Source: Octopus bimaculoides
Lineage: Eukaryota
DNA: 32,285 nucleotides
NCBI RefSeq assembly: GCF_001194135.2
Contig: NC_069000.1
Coordinates: 38,937,926 to 38,970,210 of the forward strand
Reading direction: 5' to 3'
Under the pieces are notes generated by a model. The model saw nothing but the letters and a program-made list of their open reading frames with translations. It was not told where the DNA came from and did not search any database. Below are positions 10,597-22,964 of the stretch, piece after piece. How positions within the stretch are numbered: the stretch's first letter is position 1; each line of letters opens with the position of its first letter. A program made the translations under genes and the position numbers.

Positions 10597-11805
10597 TTAA
10601 GTGAAATTAAGTGATCGGATCAATTTTGAGAATTAAGAGAAAAACTTCATTATCATAAATATACTCAAACAACGTCTAAGCCCCAACCACGGGTCTGCAC
10701 TTAAACTAGAGACAATATATGCCCTATGAATAATCATATCATCAAGAGAGTAAAAGACCAAATTTAAAATGGTAAGATGTCACCTTGCAGGAATTATTTG
10801 GAATCCAAATAAATGACACAAGTACGATATTACGTCGTCCAAGCTCCCGGATGTGTGAGACAAATGTCTTTCTTAGTCGGTTAGGTTTAGAGAAATGTCT
10901 TGTTGTGTAGAGTAAAGCTTGTCATGATATCATGCTCAACAGAACACCGAATGATGGATTCGATCTATCGCACTGGCTTGCTGCTTCACGTCCGACAATA
11001 ATAATCTGAAGCGCGGAGAAGTGCGTGAAACTATTGGTTCATAGTTTTCTTGAATCTAATGTGCAATTTATACGCGTGCTGACACATTTCCCGCCGGAAT
11101 CAGTGTGAAAAAGACATTGTAACGAATAATGGGCAAATACGAACAAAGAAAGAAATCTGAGGCTTTAGTGAATAGTTCCTCATCAAATGTTTCTCTTTAA
11201 GGAAATGAAGCAAGCAGCTGCACGGAAACGTTCTGACAATATGATGAAATAAATAAGTAGGCGTCTGACTAATTCCTGTTCGTTTTGATACTAAAACCAC
11301 TTGGCTTTGTCATTGTTTTGAATGCTTAATTGTATGCCATTAAGGGACTGACAACAAAATTGTCAACTGAACTATTGATAGTACCTGAAGATAAAACTAC
11401 CATTACACACAGAATTAGATTATCAAGATGGAATATTTAGTGCTAGAGCTTATCTGCAATGATTTGTGCCCTAACGGTGGATTCCTTGTCAGTCCTGTTA
11501 AGGAAATACAAAGGATATACACAAGAATCGACAGAGGACAACTAATATCGACACAATTTCTTTTTTATGACCTCATGTATATTCGAGTAATATTTTATAA
11601 TATGCGAGTTAGTATTGCATACAGAATTCGCACGGGATTTGAGTCTGGTCAGGATAATTATCCGTATTTCATCACTAAACGAAGTGGAATTATCGATCAA
11701 GCAAGAAATATAGATATCAATGGCCTATCTGTTCTCACTCCTGCGAGGAATATGAAAATATCAAAGAAACGACGAGGATATTGTTGACGTGAGTAAAGCT
11801 AAAGT

Positions 11806-11808
<3 letters not shown>

Positions 11809-11853
<45 letters not shown>

Positions 11854-11906
11854 TAGATAGATAGATAGATATATATAGATATATATATATATACATATGT
11901 ATATAA
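11809..11906. repeat. (TA)n/(TAGA)n microsatellite
   Basis: Read directly. Confidence 0.95.
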
Positions 11907-13026
11907 TTCAGGAGTTTTCAGAAGGTAGAAAGTCAAATATTTCTACTGTCATTAAAAACACATCTCGCTTTTTGCAGTACCTTTGCGATTAGAGGCTTTT
12001 GGGACACTCTACTGGTCACGTGACGAAATCTACTCCTTGGATATTAGAACCGGAACGTTAGTAACAATGACTGGTAACATCCACACCAATAGTAATACTG
12101 ACAGGATCTATGTTTAAAGGTTGGATGTAAGCAGATGTATAAGATCAGCCTCGGCGGTTTCTGATTTCTGCATCGTATCACAGTCAGCATCTACTGAACA
12201 GGAAAGAGGAAAAATATTACACCGCGACTATATTGAATAACGAAATTAATTACGTCATGAGATTAGGCGAAGTTTTGAACAGGTGTTGTGAATATACATA
12301 ACTCGTATGTGAACATGAAGTGACTGAAATGACGTAGTTAAACCAATTGTTTGAAGAGAGATGCCCATGAAATCTGCAGAAATCGTGATGCATAGCAACA
12401 TATCCTGCAAGGAAAATCTGTCACGATATTCACATAAAGAATGGCCTCTCATAAATCTGATTTAGATAAATCATTTCTCACTAGGAAAACTATGCCTCTG
12501 CTGTTCAGGAACAGGAAATGGCTATTAAATTTTTGATCAACAAGACAGGTAATTATGAATCGACACTGATGCTACATGCAACCACATGCCGATACATGTG
12601 CGCGCGCACATACACTCATGATGTACAAGAAAATATGAATTTTGTCATACCACAGTGAAATGCGTCAGTCATATCATTAACAGCCATTCAAAAATATTCG
12701 CAATAAATTACACCCACCCAGTAATAGACATAAAAATGTGACGAAAACCGCCAATGCTGCTAAGCGTTGAAGGGATTGTTCTGATGGACATAAAAAACAC
12801 AAATGTATTTTTTTTTTATAAATGAAGAAGTGCTTTGGAATATTCCAATAAAAGGAACAGCATCTTGATGTAAGCAAAATAGACGAGATGATATTCTATG
12901 GAACGGGAACAAGTACTGTTTTAGACTTTCATTTGTACCTAGATGCAATGGAGGGCGTAATAAATGATTTGCATGAAAGCCTAGAGCAAACTGATTCGTT
13001 TTTACAAAAGCTTTAATACTAAAGTG

Positions 13027-13058
<32 letters not shown>

Positions 13059-15046
13059 CTCATTTATGTGCACTCACCAATCATTTTAGGTATCCACAAA
13101 CCTCCGGTGTTATAGCTGCTTTGCTCTTGCCAATAAAATGGCCCACCATTTTGTTAATGAAAGGCTAATATTTTGCAAGGGAAAACATTGCAATAAATCT
13201 AAAAAGAAGATAAATAAATAAATACTAGATTACAAGATTGCGGTTAGTGGGAGATCTACAAGAAATTATACAAACGGTGCTATATCTGTATATTAAATAA
13301 ACATATATTTCTTTGCGTTGCAATATACTGTTAGCCGAGTGGTCTTGCATTTTGAAATGCGGAACTATATATAATACCACCATGAAATCTCTGAGTGAGT
13401 TTTCCAAACTGATGAAAGTAAACAACATAATATTTATTGAAGATCTTAAGAAGTTCGAGCATGGCACATCACGTGTATATTGTAGTAGATAGTTGATGGA
13501 TCAACATTTATTACTAGAATGCTGATATATTTTGAAATAAATTGTATATTATCTATTTGTTGAATAAAACAACATATATTCATTCTGTTAGAGTACGACC
13601 TCAGTTTACACCGTTCAGATGCGAGTTTATATATTTATTAAGTTGTTTTACATTACTCTCTTTTGGTGTCCTGCAATGAATAAGATTGGCGATCACCAGA
13701 GAGTCTGAAGCAAAGCAATGCTAAACTGTACATCCTCGTTCGAAACTGAAGAAATCCCTCTGGTAAACGTGAGGCGCCAATATCTGATGTGCTGCTGAAA
13801 CTAAATATTCGTGTATGCAATTTTGCAATTTTGTACAAATAGATTTTCATACAGCAAAAAAAAAAAAAACATACTTACATACACAGATTTACGTATGTGT
13901 GCACATGGATGTATATATGATGGTGTATGAGTGTTTAATGGGGGTGTCTGTTAGAGGGGGTATGTGTGATTGTGTATGTCTCTGTGTGTGTATGTACGTA
14001 TGTTTGTATGCATTTATGTATGGATTATAACACACACAGACACATATGTANNNNNNNNNNNNNNNNNNNNNNNNNNNNNNNNNNNNNNNNNNNNNNNNNN
14101 NNNNNNNNNNNNNNNNNNNNNNNNNNNNNNNNNNNNNNNNNNNNNNNNNNNNNNNNNNNNNNNNNNNNNNNNNNNNNNNNNNNNNNNNNNNNNNNNNNNN
14201 NNNNNNNNNNNNNNNNNNNNNNNNNNNNNNNNNNNNNNNNNNNNNNNNNNNNNNNNNNNNNNNNNNNNNNNNNNNNNNNNNNNNNNNNNNNNNNNNNNNN
14301 NNNNNNNNNNNNNNNNNNNNNNNNNNNNNNNNNNNNNNNNNNNNNNNNNNNNNNNNNNNNNNNNNNNNNNNNNNNNNNNNNNNNNNNNNNNNNNNNNNNN
14401 NNNNNNNNNNNNNNNNNNNNNNNNNNNNNNNNNNNNNNNNNNNNNNNNNNNNNNNNNNNNNNNNNNNNNNNNNNNNNNNNNNNNNNNNNNNNNNNNNNNN
14501 NNNNNNNNNNNNNNNNNNNNNNNNNNNNNNNNNNNNNNNNNNNNNNNNNNNNNNNNNNNNNNNNNNNNNNNNNNNNNNNNNNNNNNNNNNNNNNNNNNNN
14601 NNNNNNNNNNNNNNNNNNNNNNNNNNNNNNNNNNNNNNNNNNNNNNNNNNNNNNNNNNNNNNNNNNNNNNNNNNNNNNNNNNNNNNNNNNNNNNNNNNNN
14701 NNNNNNNNNNNNNNNNNNNNNNNNNNNNNNNNNNNNNNNNNNNNNNNNNNNNNNNNNNNNNNNNNNNNNNNNNNNNNNNNNNNNNNNNNNNNNNNNNNNN
14801 NNNNNNNNNNNNNNNNNNNNNNNNNNNNNNNNNNNNNNNNNNNNNNNNNNNNNNNNNNNNNNNNNNNNNNNNNNNNNNNNNNNNNNNNNNNNNNNNNNNN
14901 NNNNNNNNNNNNNNNNNNNNNNNNNNNNNNNNNNNNNNNNNNNNNNNNNNNNNNNNNNNNNNNNNNNNNNNNNNNNNNNNNNNNNNNNNNNNNNNNNNNN
15001 NNNNNNNNNNNNNNNNNNNNNNNNNNNNNNNNNNNNNNNNNNNNNN

Positions 15047-15802
15047 ATTGTAAGTACTGAAAAGAATATCTAGTTATATTTAATCCGTTATTTCTACTCG
15101 AATTCGTCTAAATGGAAAATTCTGGTTCTAAAAGTTTACTTTAATCTGCACTCGGGAGAATCAGTGTTTCTTTGAAAACTGTTTCGTATATCGAATGTCG
15201 CCATCGTTTGGATAATGCAGCGTCATTGAGACGAAATTGATTTATTTCTTCCCTTTCGATTTTACAAAACATGACAGGAAATATGTAAAGAGGTAACGAA
15301 AATACGACACGACACATACACACACGTTATTTGCAAGAGAGAAACTACACTAAAAATGCATGTAACAAATGCTCCCACCTTTCCTTATATTCAAAAGTAC
15401 AAACAGGCACACAGACACACACACACANNNNNNNNNNTATGTCTCTGTGTGTGTATGTGTATGTGTGTATATGTCTGCGTGTATCTTTGTCGGCGTGTGT
15501 GTCTGCTTGTGTGTGTGAACGTACACGTGTACATGTGCATGCATCTGTGTGTGTGTATGCTTGTATGTATGCATTATTAAATTTCATATTTCGATATGGT
15601 AATTTGATCTGCTACATTTCACATATATAAACAAGAAAATGTTATCTCTCTCTTTTAAATATCGAAGTCTTGTATGAGATTGTAAGTACTGAAAAGAATA
15701 TCTAGTTATATTTAATCCGTTATTTCTACTCGAATTCGTCTAAATGGAAAATTCTGGTTCTAAAAGTTTACTTTAATCTGCACTCGGGAGAATCAGTGTT
15801 TC
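15047..15802. repeat. 124-bp exact direct repeat, period 632 bp, both copies abutting gaps
   Basis: ATTGTAAGTACTGAAAAG...GAGAATCAGTGTTTC at 15047-15170 and 15679-15802. Confidence 0.9.
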
Positions 15803-16752
15803 NNNNNNNNNNNNNNNNNNNNNNNNNNNNNNNNNNNNNNNNNNNNNNNNNNNNNNNNNNNNNNNNNNNNNNNNNNNNNNNNNNNNNNNNNNNNNNNNNN
15901 NNNNNNNNNNNNNNNNNNNNNNNNNNNNNNNNNNNNNNNNNNNNNNNNNNNNNNNNNNNNNNNNNNNNNNNNNNNNNNNNNNNNNNNNNNNNNNNNNNNN
16001 NNNNNNNNNNNNNNNNNNNNNNNNNNNNNNNNNNNNNNNNNNNNNNNNNNNNNNNNNNNNNNNNNNNNNNNNNNNNNNNNNNNNNNNNNNNNNNNNNNNN
16101 NNNNNNNNNNNNNNNNNNNNNNNNNNNNNNNNNNNNNNNNNNNNNNNNNNNNNNNNNNNNNNNNNNNNNNNNNNNNNNNNNNNNNNNNNNNNNNNNNNNN
16201 NNNNNNNNNNNNNNNNNNNNNNNNNNNNNNNNNNNNNNNNNNNNNNNNNNNNNNNNNNNNNNNNNNNNNNNNNNNNNNNNNNNNNNNNNNNNNNNNNNNN
16301 NNNNNNNNNNNNNNNNNNNNNNNNNNNNNNNNNNNNNNNNNNNNNNNNNNNNNNNNNNTATATATATATATATATATGCACACACAAACACAAGGTGAGG
16401 CAAAAGTAATTATGAAACAGAAACATACATAGAATACTCATAACGTTTTATATCAAAAATATTAAACGTTACGATAAAAGTCTCATTATAGTCATGATAA
16501 ACGTATTATTATGATTAGTGACACTGAAAATATGAAAAATGAGGCTAATTTAATGTGCTAATTATGAGAATGAATTACGTTTTATAGTATGGATGTGATA
16601 TTTAATGTACACCTACTTTTGCACTCCACATCTTTCGTCGTTTTATATATTTTTTATTTCGCGCATGCACATTGCTTGTTTTTTTGTTTTATTTTGTAAA
16701 CTACACGGTATAGTAAGGTCAGTGGGGCACCGTCTGTGAGAAACACTGCACA

Positions 16753-17782
16753 ATGAAGCAAGTCACTCTACCAGAAATTTGGAAAGAACATCCTGTACTT
16801 CTTGGCATTCACGCCGGAAGCTCCAATACGAATATTTGAGAGTGTTTGGATGTCGATCTGGGACAGTGCAGAGGATTCGGAAAGAATTGGATGAATCTAA
16901 TGGTGATTACAAAGGTATGGCTTCTTGGAAAACATTCACCCCTATCTTTCTGATAAGAAAAGATCTCCTGAGTTTGTTGGTGAGATTGAGGCCATTATTG
17001 ACATTGATGCCTCCAGCTCAATCAGGTCCGTCACCAGGGACATTGGAGAGTTTGAGTTTATTATCAGACAGGTAGTGTACAAGGACATTGGGTATTCCTC
17101 ATACAAGGTGAGAAAGGGTCCAAGCCATCAAGGACAAGAGGAAACAATGCGCTACGAAGCTTTTAAAGAAACTCGAGCATGCCCTTAAAGCGAACATACT
17201 TTGGTTTTTCTCAGACGAGAAAAATGTCTAACAGGATCAGATAGTGAACACACAGCTCAATCGTTCGCTTGCTGTGTCCCCAAAACCTGTGTGGGGATTA
17301 ATAAAAATCAAGCATCCAGTCAACATCATGGTGTTTAGAGTGATCACTAGTGATAGCGAAGTTATGACTCCATTCTTGTTCCCATATGGGCTCTAACTTA
17401 ACACAAAGCCCTACATCAAGTGTCTGGAGGAGTGCTGCCCTGTGTCAATATCATGGCTTCTGTGGCTTCTGGGTGACACTATGTCTGTCTGCAGGACTCT
17501 GCACCATGCCACACAAGCTACAGAACTCAGTCATGGTTATTAAACAATTTATGCGACCACATCACTCCTAACATCTGGCCACCTAACTCCTCAGACAGCA
17601 GTGCCTTCGATTATTATGTGTGGGAAGTTGCGCGAAAACAAGCGAAATTCCTTGTAACACCAAAGATGAACTGAAGTTAGAAATATGGCAGCATTCAACA
17701 ACTTAAACCAGGTGATCGTCCAAATGAGTTGCAGGAAATTCTGAAGTTCTCTGGAGGCCGTGGTTGAAGCCACTAGTGATGT
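16753..17782 (+). pseudogene. Tc1/mariner DD37D (maT-type) transposase pseudogene
   Basis: ATG at 16753; HTH-like RSPEFVGEIEAIIDIDASSSIRSVTRDIG; LWFFSDEK (D at 17214); QDSAPCH (D at 17495) and WPPNSSDSSAFDYYVW (D at 17609) are separated by exactly 37 codons; several stops and frameshifts. Confidence 0.92.
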
Positions 17783-17845
17783 TATTAAATAAATTTACTT
17801 TTCAGTATTTCGATATATTTGTATGTATTTGTTATTTTGGTTAGT

Positions 17846-17965
17846 AGTGGTTGTGTGGTAAGTAGCTTGCTTACCAACCACATGGTTCCAGGTTCAGTCC
17901 CACTGCGTGACACCTTGGCCAGGTGTCTTCTACTATAACCTGAAACTGAAAGAAGCCCATCATGC
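17846..17965 (+). mobile_element. SINE family A 5' part with internal deletion
   Basis: GTGGTTGTGTGGTAAGTAGCTTGCTTACCAACCACATGGTTCCAGGTTCAGTCCCACTGCGTGACACCTTGGCCAGGTGTCTTCTACTATA; A and B boxes plus a CORE-like CCTTGG-CAGGTGTCTT segment; runs into (TA)n and a gap. Confidence 0.9.
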
Positions 17966-17978
17966 ATATATATGTATG

Positions 17979-18022
<44 letters not shown>

Positions 18023-18711
18023 NNNNNNNNNNNNNNNNNNNNNNNNNNNNNNNNNNNNNNNNNNNNNNNNNNNNNNNNNNNNNNNNNNNNNNNNNNNNNN
18101 NNNNNNNNNNNNNNNNNNNNNNNNNNNNNNNNNNNNNNNNNNNNNNNNNNNNNNNNNNNNNNNNNNNNNNNNNNNNNNNNNNNNNNNNNNNNNNNNNNNN
18201 NNNNNNNNNNNNNNNNNNNNNNNNNNNNNNNNNNNNNNNNNNNNNNNNNNNNNNNNNNNNNNNNNNNNNNNNNNNNNNNNNNNNNNNNNNNNNNNNNNNN
18301 NNNNNNNNNNNNNNNNNNNNNNNNNNNNNNNNNNNNNNNNNNNNNNNNNNNNNNNNNNNNNNNNNNNNNNNNNNNNNNNNNNNNNNNNNNNNNNNNNNNN
18401 NNNNNNNNNNNNNNNNNNNNNNNNNNNNNNNNNNNNNNNNNNNNNNNNNNNNNNNNNNNNNNNNNNNNNNNNNNNNNNNNNNNNNNNNNNNNNNNNNNNN
18501 NNNNNNNNNNNNNNNNNNNNNNNNNNNNNNNNNNNNNNNNNNNNNNNNNNNNNNNNNNNNNNNNNNNNNNNNNNNNNNNNNNNNNNNNNNNNNNNNNNNN
18601 NNNNNNNNNNNNNNNNNNNNNNNNNNNNNNNNNNNNNNNNNNNNNNNNNNNNNNNNNNNNNNNNNNNNNNNNNNNNNNNNNNNNNNNNNNNNNNNNNNNN
18701 NNTATATATAT

Positions 18712-19640
18712 ATCCAGGTATTTATAGCTTTCTTGTCGTTCAGGCTCCCTGATGGTAGTGTCCGTATCTAATTTAATGGAAGCTTTGTAACGCGAGGCAG
18801 GATATTGGTTTGTAATTGTCAGTAACATGTGAAAGGCCTTGCGATAGCCAATCCAGGCCATTCCCAAATTTGCTCTCCTTTGTCTATCAATAATTGATAT
18901 TTGGGGGTTCTTCATCTCCTTCTACAGCCTTTTTGTTCCGTATATTACCGTTCTTATCAAAGCATTTATACAGTTCTGCAATCCCTTCTGGCATTATTAA
19001 CGCGAGGCAGGATATTGGTCTGTAATTGTCAGTAACATTTCTCTTTTATGCTTCCGTCAGGCACAACACCGTTCGTTCTTTTGTCAACCAGCCCGAGATT
19101 TCATCTTCGCCATTGATCAATACATTAAATTGTTCTGCAATAATTTTATATCAAATACTGAACTTTTTTTTAAATTGAAAATCCCTGTACAGGATCAGGT
19201 CCTGCTGCTTTTCAATTGCTTATCTTTTAACTCAGATTTCTGATACTGTCATCTGTGAAGTGGAAAGCCTCTTGCTGAAGATCAGAACCTGTTTGCTTCA
19301 GACTGCAGCGTCATTCATCCGTAGTGTTATGTTGTTCTTGTTTACTCCATATCTTACCTAAAGAAAGTCGCCATTCATCACCATCAGAGACTAATCTTTC
19401 ACGGCGTTTTTATCGTCATTAATCTCTTAATAAAATATTTTTTGTCGGTTCTCAACAATTTGTTTTGCTTGTACTGCTTAATCCGTTGTTCAAACCTAGT
19501 TAGCTTGGTTTTTTGATAGTATGTGCTGCTTAAGTTCTTCAATTACAACATTCAGGCCTTTTGTATCTACACCATAATCGATGACTAATAAAAGTTAAAC
19601 ATGTCCGAGTTCATTCTATGCTTTCTTCTTTTGTTTTTTG
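18712..19640 (-). mobile_element. R4/Dong-clade non-LTR retrotransposon fragment (RT region), rearranged
   Basis: Minus translation: KGLNVVIEELKQ, RFEQRIKQYKQNKL, N*KAAGPDPVQGF, IAEQFNVLING, RTVLCL, DNYRPISCL, EQKGCRRR*RTPKYQLLIDK, NLGMAWIGYRKAF, ESYKYLDI. This is the motif series of R4/Dong RTs. Confidence 0.9.
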
Positions 19641-20169
19641 ATTCTGTCGTCACACTGTCGATGCCCAGTGCTACGTTTGTATTACTATACTAATATACTT
19701 GTAGCTTGCTGACGATTATTTCTAAACAACTAAAAATTCTTTAATAATTCCTGAAATATATTCCAATTTAAAGTGAATTTAACGGCTCTGTTAAATGATA
19801 CATCATAAAGGTAACCGTTTCACCTTCAACACGTGGCGTCAGACAAAGCCACTTGCCAAACATGTATAACACCCGCCACCCCGTCAAGTTTTACTGTGTT
19901 TCATTCGAGGTCTTCTATAAAGTTTTGGAAACAGAAATATTCGTGGTATCGACATCAATCAGAATTGTAAATAGTGTTTGATCATTTTCACCATAAAATA
20001 TTAACATACATATTTTTTTTCTTCAATATATATCTAAATAATTTCGTTGTAACAAATAACTTTCAGCAAGTATTTCTCGAAATACGAATAACAAATAATA
20101 ACAGTACATGATCACCGCAATGACGACAACAATAACAAAATACGAAAACAATGATGACGGCAACAACAT

Positions 20170-20170
<1 letters not shown>

Positions 20171-20229
<59 letters not shown>
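20171..20229. repeat. (AGT)19 microsatellite
   Basis: Read directly. Confidence 0.95.
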
Positions 20230-21091
20230 AAAACTTTAAGATATATAAAGGAAAAATAGCATGATTATGCTGCGGAAGAAATTGTAAAATATGCAGGCAT
20301 CGATTTGGATTTAATACATATTAATATGTAATGCCAGTTATAGGTTGGAATTTGCAAACAGAAACCAAGAATAGTAAATCAAAGAATCTGAAAGAAGTAA
20401 CAACATCTCATATTTGACTGGCACAAGCTATATTCTGTCATAGATTGTGAAGAATTGAAATATTCAAGAAATATAGCATAAAATCCTTTAGCGAAATGTC
20501 AGATAGAAAATATAAAACAACCGGTTGTAGCGTTAGCACAAAGGGTCTGGAATGGATATGTGAAAAATCGAATATGTAATTTGTGTGAAAGCAACTTTCT
20601 TATATAACAAGAAATGGAAAGAACATAGAAATAACACAAACTTAAAGAAATGAGATATTCTTACTTTCGTGAGGACGTTACACGAACGACATAAATGATC
20701 GACTTAGAATTGCATGGTACAATTATGTTCAACTGATGGTGAAGAAGTCATGCTAACAATTCCAATCTCTAGTTGTTATCGTTGTTTGGTCTCTGGTTAG
20801 CTGACGTATAACGAAGGCGTTCATTCATCTCAATTTGGTAGACGTGTTGTATCTAAAGCAAATTAGCTAATGTATCCGCCATACTGACGTTCAGCGTTAA
20901 AAGCCTCAGGTTTATATATATGTTACGTTTATGTAGCTTTAGCGAATATAGCGCTCCTAAAAACCATTATATGTAATTTTTATGGCAAAAGTATGTATCT
21001 CTGATGCAATGGGAGAAAGATTTTTCAGAACTAGACATAAATCGCCATTATTCAAATTATGAAAGCTAGACTTCATTAAAATTTATGAATA

Positions 21092-21570
21092 TATAGGTGC
21101 AGGCGTGGTTGTATGGTAAGAAGCTTGCTTCCCAACCACATGGTCCCAGGTTCGGTCCCACTCCGAGGCCTTTTCCGCAGGTGTCTTCTACTATAGCTTC
21201 GGGCCGACCTAAGCCTTGTGAGTGGATTTGGTAGACGGAAACTGAAAGAAGCCTGTTGTGTAGATATATATATGGGTGTGTGCGTGTGTGTGTGTTGGTG
21301 TGTGTGTGTGTGTTGGTGGGTGGGTGTGTGGGTGTGTGTGTGTGTGTGTGTGTGTGTAGTTGTCTGTGTTTGTGTCACCACCATCGTTTGACAACCTGTA
21401 CTGGTGTGATTATGGACCCGTATCTTAGCGGTCCGGCAAAAGAAACCGATAGAATAAGTACGAGGCTTACAAAGAATAACTCCTGGGGTCGATTTCGTCC
21501 ATTAAAAACCGTTTAAGCTGGTGCTTCACCTTTGCCGCAGTCAAATGACTAAAAGAAGTAAAAGAACAAA
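21092..21570 (+). mobile_element. SINE family A, full length
   Basis: tRNA-like head (A box TGGTTGTATGG, B box GGTTCGGTCCC), body, central (TG)n and A-rich tail; colinear with the reverse complement of 24781-25215. Confidence 0.93.
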
Positions 21571-22204
21571 AAAATAAAATATAACCCAAGGATACTTACC
21601 CCGCTACCAGAAGAAAATAGGATCAGAGATTCTACAAGAACGAATATAAATTTTCTATTCCTCAATTCAATCTACATGGGAGCAGATGCAAAGGTACGTA
21701 AGTGGTTATGTTGAAAACAAAATAAAATAAAATGGAATTCATCTTGGATTCCCTCTTCTCTTCTTCAGGCTCTATGAGGAAATTGAACTCTAGACTGTGG
21801 AATCGCATACGTCTATTATTGAACGGTGATTTGGTCCTACCTTATGGCACATATCACTGGGCTATCTGGGATTCTTGTGTGAGCTCAGAGTAATACACAT
21901 CATGTGAAATTATGACCGCTCAGCTAGTTGTCTACTACGATATTTAGATAGCCTTTTGTACTCTAATGGTACAAATCAAAACAAACACTCTGGGAACTAT
22001 AAAATAATGCAGAAGCAGAAACAATCTAGATTCCATCGTAATAGAGATGATAACGATATATAGTTATTAGACAGCATTTTGAATGGCAGAATTTAATTTT
22101 TTTATATTAAATTTAATTTCACAGACCACTTATAAAAATATGCGTCTTTTCAACGGTATACTCCATACTCAAATACAAACAATTGTTTTTGTGACTCTCC
22201 ACAA

Positions 22205-22239
22205 AGACACACACACACGTACACACGCACATACATATG

Positions 22240-22286
<47 letters not shown>

Positions 22287-22620
22287 NNNNNNNNNNNNNN
22301 NNNNNNNNNNNNNNNNNNNNNNNNNNNNNNNNNNNNNNNNNNNNNNNNNNNNNNNNNNNNNNNNNNNNNNNNNNNNNNNNNNNNNNNNNNNNNNNNNNNN
22401 NNNNNNNNNNNNNNNNNNNNNNNNNNNNNNNNNNNNNNNNNNNNNNNNNNNNNNNNNATATATATATACATATATATGCATATATACCTATATATATGTG
22501 TGTGTGCGCGCGTGTGTGTGTGTGTGTGTGTCTTTCTTTGTATTTATATATATGAATATGAATACGCACACTCACACACACACACATACCCTCACACACG
22601 CACATATACACATCATATGA
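22205..22620. repeat. Compound (CA)/(TA)/(TG) microsatellites around gap 22287-22457
   Basis: Read directly. Confidence 0.9.
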
Positions 22621-22964
22621 ATTGTTGATTTCTTAAAATTTATCATAGCTTCAAGCGTGTGTTATAACTATCAAATAGCAATTGAGACAAGCTAAAAATA
22701 GGAAGATGTGTTAATTCAAGAGTCAAGCATTTCTGTAAAGCTGACGTGCCATTAACGAAAAGGACATTCTCGTAGTCTGGAGATAAGAGTTCAGACAATA
22801 ATGGAAAAGTGTTTATGGTTGAATAGTTGTCACGACAATTGTTCCTCCTGTAGAAGTGGAGATTGTAATAAAGCACAATTTTATGTTGTATGGATTTAAT
22901 ACACTTTCATTTCTTTATGACTTTTATATCACTGATCTTTCTGAATTGTCTCTTATAAGCTCAT

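Noticed and set aside
15047-15802. CRISPR-like or prokaryotic repeat system
   Set aside because: Only two long copies, no repeat-spacer array or cas-like ORF, and a clearly eukaryotic context.
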